DNA of 63,737 nt, filler included, from Calcarisporiella thermophila CBS 279.70 (GCF_041956535.1; 11 parts of 11 records of this genome joined end to end with filler, not necessarily neighbours in it), one strand, 5' to 3'. Positions 49,925-63,270 are shown, numbered from the whole stretch's first letter. Translations and numbers: made by a program. Notes: generated by a model from the letters alone, not told the origin.

Positions 49925-51385
49925 TCAGAGCGCCAACTTCATAATCCGTTTGCACAATCCCTCGATATCTAGCGCTCGCCCAAGTGATTCAATCCTTGCA
50001 ATATGCCTTTTAACCCCTGGTGTTTTCTTCTCCTCCGCCTCCTCCTTATGCTTCGGAGGCCGCTTCGTCGCCCACTTATCCTTTTTTGTAAGGATTTTCT
50101 AGTTGACTTCAACTTTTTCGTCTCCCGTAGAACCGCTATACGCATAAATCATGTTGTTTTCGTAAGAAAACGAAAAAAAAGGTTGAAAACTTCTCGATCG
50201 ACAGGACTTTTAGTTACTCCGGTCTGTTGGATCGTTCATAGCGGAAAAATTGGATGGATAATTTTTTCATTTATTCCCTTCCATCGTTGATTGCTTGTAA
50301 ACGGTCTTCGAACGATGATATCAACTTGTCAATACTGCTCGTTCCAATCGTTGATTCGATTGCCGAAAACCAGCGAGAAAGCAAGCCAAAATGGCCATCC
50401 GCCCAACTTTTTCCGTGGTACTCGGCAAAGAAGTTCCATTTTACTTCTTTCCGTAAGGTGAAAGTAACACCATTCCCAAACAAGAGCACTGTTGCTTCGA
50501 GAAGAAGGTTTTTCCAGTCTCAACCGGCCCGCTTCCCAATCGCAAATTCTCTTTGAAATCCATGATAAGTATTCTCTTGTTCTCATCAAGCTCTCTAGAA
50601 TTTTTCGCAAACATCGACTTTCTCTCATCCACGAAGCGCTGGTCGGAAGTATATATAGCGACTTTCTCCTTCAGTTTCTCGAGTCGCTCTTTATCCTCCT
50701 CAGTAACTTCTCTTTCACAATGCTCTACTTCTCCCGCGAAACAATTTCCGATTCGACCATTATGGATTTCTCGCTGTATACGGCGCAGATTATCGATGTT
50801 CTTCTTGCCTTCGACGCAGACCTCACATATGTCCGTTTTCTTACACGATTTCTTAAAGAATTTCGGAATTAGAGAATATAATTTTGACTTAAAAATCTTG
50901 AAATCGGGATTAGAAATTTTAAATCTCTTAAAGATGTTCAGTTTTGTATCGTTCAAATACCGAACCTGGATATATCTCTCACCATCATACCCTTCGTCAG
51001 CCTCTTCCTCTATCTCATCCTCTCTCTTCCTTTTTAGAACCCTATTTGCTGCAATCCGAGATGACTCCATAAGAAAATCCAAACCAGTTTTGGGCACTAA
51101 AGTCAGGCATACTTAAGAATAAGCAAAAATATTTATAGGAATTTTCTGAAGGAATATTAACCTGGTTTGCGCTTCACAGCTCGTTTTGTTTCTAGAGTAG
51201 GAGTTGAACCATTCTGTTTATACGACTGCCCCCCCATTCAGTCGTGTATCGTCTGTGTATAATAGATACTCGCAAATTAGTAGAAAGTAAGTAATGGATT
51301 CTAAACCAGACATTACCTTGTGGAGTAGACAATACAGACTTCGATTCAACTACCCGAGCAGCTCGCGATTTGTTGTTATCAAATC
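49925..51385 (-). mobile_element. Degenerate DNA-transposase-like sequence (possibly Sola-related; superfamily uncertain)
   Basis: KTDICEVC, IMDFKEN and FFAEYHGKSWADGHF lie in shifted frames with an internal deletion. Confidence 0.55.
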
Positions 51386-52318
51386 NNNNNNNNNNNNNNN
51401 NNNNNNNNNNNNNNNNNNNNNNNNNNNNNTTAATTAATTAANNNNNNNNNNNNNNNNNNNNNNNNNNNNNNNNNNNNNNNNNNNNCGACCCAGTTTTTTA
51501 CCACCAGATCCAGTAGCGGCAATCAAAGAATGGGCGCATATTACCTCAGATGAATGAGCGTGAATAAGAGCCTGGAAGAGCTGGCCAAGACGCCCAAGCG
51601 AGCCAAAGCAAAAGATCCTTCGATGGCATATCCTTCGTGACATTGATACAAGATAGCCGCATTGCCCAAGCAATACGGTCCCACATCTTAGCATGCCGTT
51701 GTATCGTTCCAGTTGTTGGCCTTCACCGCGGTTTCAAAACTTCGTAGCCAACCCACCGGGTCTTCCATTGGCATACCATACCAAGGCACCGGGTTGATCA
51801 AACGACTTTCAGCCAGATTTGCCTCCCTGTTAGTATACATTTTTATATTTCATTGCAACCGAGTATTATATGAGTTTTCCAAGGTGTATATCCTTGTCGT
51901 TATATCCTGTTGGCCTCTAAATGTTCTAATCAACTCCTCATAGGGTAATGTTTAATAGCAGTCACAATCTGCGCCACATGGTCATTTTCAACCAGAATGA
52001 AATAATGATATAATAATATATTTTGCATTTTCTAATAGCTCAATACTCTTCTTAAGTTCAAAGCTACTATAGACCATTGGAACTCACATATTGCTAGCTT
52101 ACTATTTATTTTTATCTCGGATAGTGTGTTTATTCAATAAACAACATCCCGTTTACTAACAATTATTAATTTGTCAAAATTAATCGTTGTTAGTATGTTT
52201 AGGGTTACCATGGGTATTATCTGCCAAATAATTGGAATGCTTATTTAATTTATTTATTATGCTAGATGAATATGAATATAATAATGTTCAAGCTATAAAT
52301 CGGATATACGACAGAAGC

Positions 52319-52969
52319 CTAGTCCTGTCTGGAGATAGATTTGACCCAAGCAGGATGGTTAATAATATTCTTCCACCATCGTGCAAAATTAGGGCGTTCT
52401 GGAGAGTCAAAAATATCTTCTGCACCCGTCGTATATGCATAATGACCGTACGGCAAGTGAGCAATATCGGCCAAGGTAAGAGAATCGCCGACTAAGTAGC
52501 TTTTGCCCTCTAGAATCTTGTCATAGATGGTATATGTTTCGATCATCTTGGCTCGACTGGCACTGACTATTGCTGGATCTGGCTCGCCTTGATTAAGTAT
52601 TTTTTTGAACAAGACCTCTTTAACAAAGCTGTAAACACCTGGGTCATAATAAGAGGTTTCGACCGAAATGTATTGTTCAACAAGACCGGCCGCTTGGTGA
52701 TCCTTAGGGATCAGCTGTGCAGAGGTGTTGGTCTGGTACTTAGCAATAAGATAGCGGCAGATAGCGCGAGATTCGTAGATATAAAAATCACCGTCCTGGA
52801 TCACTGGAATTTTGCCAAAGGGCTGTAGTTTCAAGAATTTATCACTCTTGTGCTCGTCTTTTCTCAAATCGATATAGATCATTTCATATGGAATGTCCAA
52901 TGCATTGCATGTGGCAATAACTCGAAGAACACAAGTCGAGGTAGGGATTCCATATATTTTGATGGCCAT
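52319..52969 (-). CDS. Glutathione S-transferase (phi-like), 216 aa, intronless
   Basis: STCVLRV, EHKS, QPFGKIP, ESRAICRY, TLADIAHLPY. The longer listed ORF merely extends into a transposon end. Confidence 0.93.
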   Translation of the reverse strand: MAIKIYGIPTSTCVLRVIATCNALDIPYEMIYIDLRKDEHKSDKFLKLQPFGKIPVIQDGDFYIYESRAICRYLIAKYQTNTSAQLIPKDHQAAGLVEQYISVETSYYDPGVYSFVKEVLFKKILNQGEPDPAIVSASRAKMIETYTIYDKILEGKSYLVGDSLTLADIAHLPYGHYAYTTGAEDIFDSPERPNFARWWKNIINHPAWVKSISRQD

Positions 52970-53018
52970 TTTGATATATATAATATGGCTGTGGTATGTT
53001 AGAGAAGTTTGGTTGATA

Positions 53019-54653
53019 CAGTATGCTGCACGAATGTATATGAAATTGAGGTGTTTTACTAAACACATTAATATCTATTTTATTTATCTAAACTAATACT
53101 TGATACTTCATTGATATAAAATACAAGGTCTAGCCTTTCCATCCATGTATATATCGAGAATGTTTACAAAAAAAATATCCGAAACACAGGGGGTTAAAAT
53201 TGCCAAATATGTATATTTGACTTATGCAATTTTTCCAACAAATCGATCCTTTTACTTTTCTCCTTTATCACCAAGCTAATCCCTATTATTTAGTAGAGGC
53301 TTCTCTGATAATACATATAGAAAAGACTTGCGACTGCATACTTCCGAGAGGTTTTTCAACGAATACTTGCCTAACATCTTGTTAAGACGATTTAGTTCAG
53401 ACCCAAAGTTCGTCCTTGTTCTTAAGCCTTCAAGACTAATTATCGAGATAGAGGTATACAGTACTCCACAAGTTTTCAATGGAAAACTGTTCCTAAGGCT
53501 GGAAAGGTCACTACCATACTTGTAGCTTAAATACCCTTCAACAAAATTTTGAATTTTTGGCCGTTTGCTTATTTTCATCGTCTGGTTAGAATATATTCCT
53601 CTACTTGCCCATGCCATAGCATTAAAAAGTGTCTATGAAGTTATCACGAAGAACAGTGTAGCTAAGTAATGCACCCATTTCCCTATCTTTTTTCACAATT
53701 GGACAACATTATGTTCACTAATGCATCTTTTGCACACCATTGACTTTCCACGGTTACTCACCAGGGGCCGTGTTTGATTATTCCGGAGCTGTTCATCTTC
53801 CGCGTTTTATAATAATATTTCATCATTGTGATCCTGAAGATACCGTATTTACAGATATTTGACCACACCGTAGTCATCTGTTGCTGCAAACTCTAATTAA
53901 TGTGTATTTTGGAGAACCCGTCTTCTTTCAATCAAGTTCCAATCCAAGGAGAGGCTTTCTTTTGGTGGCCTTTGCTGATAAATAGAATCTATGCTATACT
54001 CTCCTTACGATATCAAGAGATGTTTTGATACCTTACACGTTTTTGAGGGCTGTTGTTTGCCTTAATTTCTCTAGAACACTAACTTTAGAAAACAAGTGGA
54101 GTGTTCTCGCGCTCGTTCTCCTTGCTCGATATTAGTGGGCGGTCTGAACGAGTTTTTTCTGATTGATGGTCAAGTAAACATTGCATACTGACACATTTTG
54201 AGAAAACGTTTTAATGAAGATCAAAAAGAGTGGCAATATATTGGTACAAATAAGCATATATTGAGTGTGAAAGAATATACGTTCATATCTTGTTGGATAT
54301 TGGCTCCATGAGCATGAGCTTATATCTGTTGATGGATGTCTATCTCAAGTATTATTTAAAATTAAAACAAAAAATTATCATAATAAAGTTATTGAATAAC
54401 CGAATATTTCCAGATGGCGGATGGATTTTCAACGAAATTGCAAAAGTCATATATACATTTTGTTAAAACTCAGCCTCCTATCTCTCGGAAAATTTTCGTT
54501 TAAACTTTTGTGATAATTATGAAATGTTATTGCCTTTATGTTGTATTATTATAATACAAATCATCATTGTTATACTTCATGGGATAAAAGAACAATAAGA
54601 GCAATAAGAAAAATACTTTAATTTCATATAACTTCGTGCGGCATAAATTACTG
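53019..54653 (-). mobile_element. Full-length but decayed Tc1 element
   Basis: TIRs CAGTATGCTGCACGAATGTATATGAAATT and its degenerate complement at 54620-54653, flanked by TA; internal sequence is homologous to the other Tc1 copies. Confidence 0.85.
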
Positions 54654-56605
54654 TAATAAATTTACTGTAAATTGCAGAATTAAATTCACTTTTTATATCA
54701 ATAATTCGTGAGAAAGCAGTTGCCTAATTTGCCATGTGATGATTCATATTAAAATGCGCTGATTAATCAATTAGCACATTATAATTGAAAGTATGATAAA
54801 AGATTTAAGCCTCATTAGATAGCCATATACCGTAGATAATATATAAACAAATGCCATACTCGGACATACTATGTCACAAATCCAAGCAAAATTGGACTAC
54901 CCATCTAGTACCTTTTAGTTTTCCTAGCAGGCAAGGTTGCTTACAGTAGAGGATGTATGTAAAAAATGTATTAAATATAGCATAGCAAGTTTGTGGTTAA
55001 TTTATTCAAGCTGATTGCGTCATACATCTTTACCATCCAGTAAAATTTCAATAAACAATTAAATATTGATAAAACTTAATAATTAACAGTTGATTTTTCT
55101 CTCAGAAGTATGACCCTATTAATTTATTTGTTTCATTTCTCCAATCTGCTATGTTCAATAATTGAAGTCATTTTTTTATTACTGTAATAATATTATTAAT
55201 ATAATAATACGCATTTTTATCAAAGACCATACGCAGTACTAGTCGGAAGTTCGTTAGTCTAAATTAAATAGAAAATAGATGAAGAATTGATATAATAGGA
55301 TTATATATTAAAATTAAATTTGGAAATTATCTTACAATAATAAAAGACATTCTTCACAAAAGTATAATAATCGTTCTCACAAGTTGATTTACATATAGAA
55401 CTTATTCAAAATATACTCGTTATATCGTTTGGATATTACTTGGATATATCCGTTAGCTTAGTAAAAAATTCAGGTATTATTTCTACTGGTGGAGACGGGA
55501 TATTAACTCTCAACATTGAGATGATATTCAGGAGAGTCTATTGTGAAGCTTCTCTCCTATTTCAAACGATGGGAANNNNNNNNNNNNNNNNNNNNNNNNN
55601 NNNNNNNNNNNNNNNNNNNTTAATTAATTAANNNNNNNNNNNNNNNNNNNNNNNNNNNNNNNNNNNNNNNNNNNNAGCGCTTCCTCGGGCTCTAAGGAGA
55701 GAAGCGCGCCCGAGATATCGGCATTTACAGCTCTATCCCTGCGGTAATATAGGTCGAAAGTCGTGGTGGAAGACCAATTCCCTATTGCGACCACTGTGTC
55801 TACATTGAACATTCGTAGAGCGAGGGTGGCTCCTGTTTTCCGCGCGTCGTGGGCTCTTGCGTCGGGTGAGGCGATTGCGAAGATTGTTTTGATCCATCAC
55901 GAAATCGTTGCGGGCCTCGCAGGGCGAGCAATTCCAGGGCAGAGGAATACCTCTGAGCCTTGTTGCAGTTTACCCTGCTCTTGCCAGCGCCTCCTATATT
56001 CAACAAAGCACTCTACTGGACCGAGGTTGGTGTCTGGGAATCGATGGACATGGAAGGGTTTTACGATGCGCCGATTTCTTCTCGTTTCCTTCGGTGCTAT
56101 TATCTTCCCCTTCATCATTGTTTCTCCGATCGCGATCGACTGAAGGTCCATGCGTGCTAGATCGGATACTCTAGAAAAGGTGACTACCGCCAGGAGCCAC
56201 GCCAACTTGTAAGTAAGGTTGCGCAGGGATAGTTCAGTGTTGGGCGTTCCTCTGAGATGTTACAGAATCGGGGTGATGTCGATAGGGCCTTCCGCCAGGT
56301 TTAAGGGGGGTGCCAATCTGTCTACTGCCCTAAGGAATCTAGCGACGATGGAATCGAGATGAGATGGATGGCTTGTCTGTAGTTCCCCGATGGCTGAGCG
56401 ATATAGATGGCTGGAATCCGCCGATTTTCCCTGTGCGTATTGGCTTGCCAGGAAATTAGCGATTACCACCGCAGGAGCGAGGAAAGGAGGCACGTCGTTT
56501 GCTTTGCACCACACGAACCACTTCTTCTGCGCCGAAAAGTAACTCTTGCGCTTCCCCGCCTTTTCGTGGTCCCTTAGTATGACATTTTGCGCTTCTAAGG
56601 ATAAG

Positions 56606-56881
56606 TGTAATGATTTGACTTTAGGTATTTTTCTTATCTCTTATCTTCACAGCAAATTGGAATATTTTACCTTAGATAGATAGTTTTAGTTTTGTGATTT
56701 TACGCCAGTTTTACATTGACCATTTTACGCCAACTTGTATTATTTAAAGAATGTTTTCGGAAGTTCATAAATAGTCCTTGATTTTTTTGTAAAGAAAAAA
56801 TTCATCAATCTTTTTCTTCTTGACTTACTTGATTTGGAATCTTTGGAACTCCGATCCCTCCAGAACTCGAGAAATCTTACA
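56606..56881. mobile_element. Solo LTR (276 bp) inserted in the DIRS element
   Basis: TGTAA...TTACA termini with a 5-bp TSD ATAAG (56601-56605 and 56882-56886). Confidence 0.88.
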
Positions 56882-57187
56882 ATAAGCCTTGCGAACGCAA
56901 TTCTTCCCTGAGATGCGCCAAGCTGTCAAAAATCACGACTTGATCTTGAGGGGGTGTCTCGTTAGGGGAGTGGTTAGCTGGATCGCTTTCCTCGGTATTC
57001 TGACTGGCTTCGCTATGCTCAGCTGTTGCAGTAGGGGGAACCAGGGAGCTGATGGCCAGTGCGGGGTCACCAGCGTCAGCTTGACCTGTTCCAGCAACAC
57101 TTTGCGTAAGACCCGTGCTATCAGAGCCCACGGAGGATTGGCATATGGGTTCTGCTCTTTGCTCCAATCCTGCATTAGGGCATCCGT

Positions 57188-57462
57188 TGTAACAGGGTTC
57201 GAATGGTAGACGAAGATCTTTATAAAAATAGAAGATCGGTGAGGAACAACAAAATAGATTGAATGAGTATATATATATATATATATATGAAAAATAGGAA
57301 ATCAACTAATATGACATAATCTGGCTTTTACAAAGGCTGACTAAAGATGCAGCTTTTATAAAACCATAAAACAAATATTAAAAAGGTAATAATAATAAGC
57401 CTAAAATAAGTATGATGAATGAAATTAACCGTCACATAGTGAAAATAAGCCGTCCTGTTACA
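57188..57462. mobile_element. Second solo-LTR-like insert (275 bp), no TSD
   Basis: Termini TGTAACAGG...CCTGTTACA; AT-rich with a (TA)n tract; flanks do not match. Confidence 0.75.
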
Positions 57463-59266
57463 CGGTGTTTGCCCGAGCTCTTCGATATGACGAAGATGTT
57501 GGAGACTATTCCTGGGGCGTCCCGTGGGACTTCCTCTATAGCCTGTTTCTCCAATAGTGATCTCACCTCCTCGGAAATGGCCTTCATGCCCTGGTGGTCG
57601 ACTGGGAGTCTCTTTGGAGGAGATGGTTGAACCTCGGCTCCTTCCAGAATTGGATTTTGTAACCTTCTCTGATTATCTTGCGTATCCATAGAGGAGCGGG
57701 GATTCCTCGCCACGCGTTTCTGTATTTTCGCAAACGTCCCCCGACCGGTACGCGTGGCTCTACCTGTCGTGGGCTTGCGTCGGAAGCTAAACATTGGACG
57801 GGGAGGGCTGTTTTGCCCCACCCGTCTTTTTCCAGTATTTTGCTCTGTTCGACGAAGTGACTTGTGGTTGCTGTGCCGGGATTTGTGGTGGCTCCTCCTG
57901 GCGCGAGGTTTTTCGCCGCCTCTGTGAGCGATTCCGCTCCTTTTTATGTGCTGCTAAATCTTCACACAATTCTATCTCGTCGATGACGAAATTTCTCCCC
58001 AATCTTTCGTGCAGTACAGCAGTAGGATGAGAAGTTGGATGAGAAGCCTTCTCCGCTGGGTCCAGCTTTCTCTACTTAAGATGGAGGCCATATATTCTTT
58101 GATTGCTTTATCTAAGGCCACTAATTCGTCTTTGATTATATGGAATGAATCTACCGGTACTTAGGGTGATAATTTTTGAATTGTATCTAATCTCACCTTT
58201 ATGGCCTTACTAAATGAAAAGCATTCAAATAGAAGCCACCTACATGTTTGGCTCCCCACGTAATGAAGGTCTATATATCTAGATGATCTCGCATATACTT
58301 AAGATTGGTTGCAGCTCCATAGGTTAAAGCCGAAGTTTATATGTACACCATTTTCCCAACACCGATATCAAATCACTTACGCATACTTTCGGAAAAACAA
58401 GAAAGTGTTGCTCCTTCGACACCTCAAGATTGGCCTGTATAAGAATACTCCTGGCGCTAAAGTAAAATTCAAGGAGGATAATAATGTCAATATATCCATT
58501 ACAGGAATAACCGATGCATTGAATAGAATTAGAGCGAATTCAAGATTGCACAGAAAAAGATCTCCGTTTAAAACTAGATATGAAAATCGCCGCATTACTG
58601 CTTCCCGGAAATACAGAATTTGGATCTTGAAAAAATTGGGGGCGTTTAATATGCCTGGACGAGAGTATATATATATTCCTCATGTAGAAAATAATACAAG
58701 TGAATGCTTCCAGAAAATCCCTTATGAAATCAGCATCTGAAGAAAAAATTATGATATATAAATATAGGGTCGATAAGAGGAGTTAGTGCTCACTCTCCAG
58801 GATATCAATTAACGTGCCATTTCATGTTGGAATCAAATATAAATGTTCACCAGAAGATAACAGTTAAAATAATCATTTGCACTGACCTAACTCCAATGGA
58901 GTTCATTGTTTCCTCTATTTGTTAAATAGCGAATTACTAGTTATTAGGTCATTCGATGACGTAATCATATATACGGAAGAAGGCGATCAACCTATGATGG
59001 GGCAATTGTGGAATTTTCGTCTTTGAGATCTCTCTCACAACCATCAATATGAAAATCACTGACATACCATGTGAGAACTATAAGCTGAGAATCAACGTGA
59101 CGCCAACCAATCAAGTAAGGCTGAGACAAAATNNNNNNNNNNNNNNNNNNNNNNNNNNNNNNNNNNNNNNNNNNNNTTAATTAATTAANNNNNNNNNNNN
59201 NNNNNNNNNNNNNNNNNNNNNNNNNNNNNNNNCAGTATATTACGAAAAATATATAAAATTTGTTAA

Positions 59267-61765
59267 TTAAACTGGTGTGCTGGAAAATTTAAATCTTTTC
59301 AACACCCTCTCTGGTATATTAGTTTTTGCTTTAGCGTCTTCGATATCTACGAAAGGCCTTTTTTTAATTATTTGGTCAGCATAAGTTTTGCCTATCCCGT
59401 CCATTCGAAGGAGATCATGACGTTTTGCGGAATTGATATTCAAGGGTCCCTCAATAGCATACAAATATGCTCTGCCTGCAAATGGACCAAAATACTTCGC
59501 CCAATTGTTCCCATCAATTATTCCGGAACGCTCTGGGATTCTGAAATTACAGTCTTTTGCCGTAGTAAACAGAAAGAAGAAATCATTGGCTGATGCTGCT
59601 TTGTCACGTTCTGTCTTGAAACGATTCTCGTTCATTATTTGCGTTTTTAAATGTTTGTATTGATGAACTTCATTTATAGGCGTGCTTCCAGGGCCTGTAT
59701 CCAAACCTAAGAAAGCATCTCCAGCAGACGCCGAAGATCCATTAAGGACGCAAAACTTGCAATCACGTATATTGACTGTTGCATATTCACATTTGACTTC
59801 CCAATTATCGGAAGAACGGTTCGTTGACTTTGTATCTTCCTGATAGGTTGAGCATTCCAATTCCAAGTGGTGATTAATAAATGAAAAATCCCCATTTAGC
59901 CGCGCTCCAGCGTGAACTTCAGACACGGTTACTAATTCACCCTCTCCTATTAATCGCGATTTCAAACAGCGAAAACTTGCGACAAAGTGTTCAAAGTGTT
60001 GCCAAAATTGTGCCCCTGGTGGAGATCTTGGATCCTCAATCGATCTGTGCTCGCTGTAGTCGCAAAAACGCCAATCGCGCAAAATGGGATCCGTCATCGA
60101 GGACGATCTTCTTGCTAATAACCATATCCAAATATAAGGTGCGGTAAGATAGCCAACTGGTGAATCTTCTTCTCTTTCATATCGAATTAAGCCAGGCTGT
60201 GTTATCTCGTAGGGCAGTCGATTCGTTTCGGGAACTGGTTCATCAAAAGGAAGTGGCTTCCTGGTTAAAATAGCTCTTGCAATGGCATTGGCATATTTGC
60301 TAACTGATAAGAGAGCCTCCTTATAGCGATCTTTCATCCTATTAAATAACTCATGCATTAATTCATCGATATTGTCCTGGCTGATATCAACTTGGCTCAG
60401 GCATTCGGCTAACACTTCGAGAGCTCTTCCATGGCCACCACAATCATTGATAAGTATTTTCATTATATAATCTTCATCATTAAACACAGGCTTTAAGACA
60501 CTGTCCTGGCGGATATACGGAGGCTTCAGAGAGGCAACAGGAAGAAATATGCGTTTCCGATGTGAGCTCCTCAAAAAATTCTTGATTGAGCACGTAATAG
60601 TCGCTGTACAGCATGGGATGATAAACATTTTCTGAATTGCTAGATCGGCAAAAGCAGTCAAAGTCCTATAAAATTCCCATTTTTCATCTAATCCATCCAC
60701 TGTTGTTTCTTGAAATTCCTGAAACCCATCAACCACAATAACAGCTGTGATATCCTTCAGTTCTCGCTTCTCATGCTGAGCAATTAATTGAATTACTTCT
60801 TCTGGGAGAGGTGCTTCATAAGTGGTAACAATATTCCCAAACAGTTTTTCGGGGAGTAATTGCCAAAGCATTCGAGATCCAATAGCACTATATTTATCGG
60901 GCTCTAAGGTGCCCTTCAGGCTACTACCATTCTCTAAACTGACGTGGAACACCCATGCGTTTTCAATTTTTTTTTTTCAATTCATCCGCTTCAGTCGGCA
61001 AGCAACGAGCCAATGTTCTATGAAACTCGGTAGCATTTCGCGACTTTCCAGTACCGGCGCCAGCGAGAAAAAGGTAAAGTGGCATAGTTGTTTTATCGAT
61101 CTCACCCATACAAAAGCTTTGGTAATGTTGTAATAGTTGAGTTCGCAAGATTTCATGTAATAATGGGTCCGGCTGATACACCCATTGTAGTCCACTTGTA
61201 CTGAGTAAAGGTTTTGGTTGTACATATGGTAAACCTATTTAATAGCAAAATCAGTAGCCATTAGTTTATAGTTAAATTATTATTATTTATACCATTCGGA
61301 AAGGCCTCATGAATTTTACGCTTGGCAAGTTTTGGCACGTCTACTAATTAGTATGTTATACAAAGAACAAGAGGTAAATGGATTAAGACTGAGGATCAAG
61401 CAAAATAGAGCAAACCAAGCCAATATAAATCTATTATAAAATATTGACATACCATGTGGTACTTCAACTAACACTTGTACGTGTCTCCTATTGGGCACTT
61501 CTGGAAAATATTTGTAGATTTCGTCTTGTGATAAGAGCCGCTGTTTGCTTAAATTTTCTAAGTTGTTACTATATCTCTGGAGATCTATAAAGGGCAAATC
61601 GATCTTCCATAGAATTATCTCAGAAGGATCAAAGCTTCCCAATTGGCGGGGATTCTTCTCTATTATTTTCGCCCTGAAGTTCTCAACTCTATCCGATCCA
61701 TCAATTTCAAGTGAAAAAGACTCGGAAAATCTGCTCGCATTCTTGATCACACAGTAAAGCTGCAT
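59267..61765 (-). CDS. Crinkler (CRN)-family protein: ubiquitin-like NTD + P-loop NTPase + REase-like domain + HhH; one homopolymer frameshift
   Basis: LYCVIK...ILWKID...HVQVLV; exons 61765-61453, 61340-61293, 61234-59267; GAGTGKS; VVDG; GGHGRALE; GDAF...HQYK; INSA...MDGIG...KRPF. An A11 run at 60967-60977 shifts the frame. Confidence 0.85.
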
Positions 61766-62230
61766 GATAAATTTGAAAACCAAAAGTCAATAAGTAGACG
61801 AAATTGCAATTGCAACTTTTAAAATTTGATGACGNNNNNNNNNNNNNNNNNNNNNNNNNNNNNNNNNNNNNNNNNNNNTTAATTAATTAANNNNNNNNNN
61901 NNNNNNNNNNNNNNNNNNNNNNNNNNNNNNNNNNGGCGTGCAATCGTATACTAACTGAAACTAGAAAACTATCTAGAGAAAATTTTGTGTGTAAAACGCA
62001 GCCTGGATCAGATATGAAAAGACAGCCTTTTAGCCATTCGGAAAAAAATTGGAGTAGCATCGGAAGTTATACCCTATAATAAATCCTTATAAAGAAAATG
62101 CAATTATAAAGGAAGAAGTATAGAGAAATATGAATGTTCCTTTCGCTTATACATGCTTCGTTGTATTTGCCATATAAATATGTATTATTACTAACCTAAT
62201 ACAATAACGGTTAGAAGCTTTGGCTTGCCA

Positions 62231-62510
62231 TACCCTATAAGAAGTGGGCATAGGGAAAACATAGGGAAATAATATGGAACTCATGCGGAATACCTCACTT
62301 TCCCTATAATTTCCTTACCATTTCCTTATATTTCCTTTAATTTTTCTATAAATTCCAAGTCCTTACCCATATAAAAAATCCATATAAAAATCATTAAAAA
62401 TTATAGCAAATCTCAGGAAATCATACGGAAAATGAGGTGTTCCCTGTGTTTTCCACATTATTCCCCCATGTTTTCCCTACTTTTTCCCTATGTGACTTCC
62501 TATAGGGATA
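62231..62510. mobile_element. Old MITE-like inverted repeat
   Basis: CCCTATAAGAAGT...ATAGGGAAAACATAGGG...ACCTCA is an imperfect reverse complement (about 90-100 bp) of 62415-62510. Confidence 0.6.
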
Positions 62511-62688
62511 CCGTATTAAATTATTCTTCATTCCAATTATCTCTTCATAATTAACTCTAATCTACATAACAATTATTTACTATAAAATCCCACTCATACC
62601 ATTTTTATTTCATGTAGAGTAATACAATTATTAATAGGCACTTTTAGAAAAAATTTACTCATAGTGTCCTTAGTTTCATTCAAAACAT

Positions 62689-63270
62689 TCACTTGGATTC
62701 CAAGCGGAAGATTGGATCGATGTTATCTTTTGATGACACCGCGATTACGAGATCCTTAATTAGACCAGTGGGCAAGTCGTAAATCCAGCCGTGGACGGTC
62801 ACCATATGATTGGAATCCCATGCATTCTGAATTATAGTGGTGTGGCATAGATTGAAAACGGATCTTTTCACATTACATTCTATCAGCTTAGCCAGTCGTT
62901 CCTCAGTGCTATTAGATACTATATTTTCAATATTGTATTAAATCGTGATAAGAATCACTTTCTTTATATAAAGTTGTAAGAGATCGCTTACCCTCGATTT
63001 CATGCTTGTTGGCTAAGATTGTTGCACAGGAGTTCAATTATAAAACGCAATTGAGTGAAAATATTTGGGTTAGGATAACTAGCAATATTATGTATTAGTA
63101 TTAATTGGTTATATTTGTATTTGCCGGCATATACGTCCTTGATGGAATGAAGCCAATTATCAATAAAACCGTACTGTTTGTTTTGTATAGATGCCGTAAC
63201 GCCACCACAGTGACTATGACCGCAAACAATGATGTGATTAACTTTGAGTACTTCAACCGCATACTGCAAT
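62689..63270 (-). CDS. Beta-class carbonic anhydrase, 3' exons (5' part not found in window)
   Basis: [42 protein letters not shown]. Confidence 0.88.

Larger units (their letters stand above)
55676..58150 (-). mobile_element. Decayed DIRS-type tyrosine-recombinase retrotransposon
   Basis: YR motifs FSRVSDL, AHDARK, WSSTTTFDLYYRR; methyltransferase-like YANPPW; RT N-terminus LLEKQAIEEV...SNIFVISKSSGKHR. Confidence 0.88.

Noticed and set aside
51486-51800. Possible LINE zinc-finger-region remnant
   Set aside because: Multiple stops and only vague resemblance.
37871-55575. Methyltransferase + GSTs + SDR as one detoxification cluster
   Set aside because: The genes lie on different contigs separated by artificial linkers.
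58309-58740. 143-aa plus-strand ORF
   Set aside because: Non-ATG start and no recognisable motif; cannot be supported as a gene.
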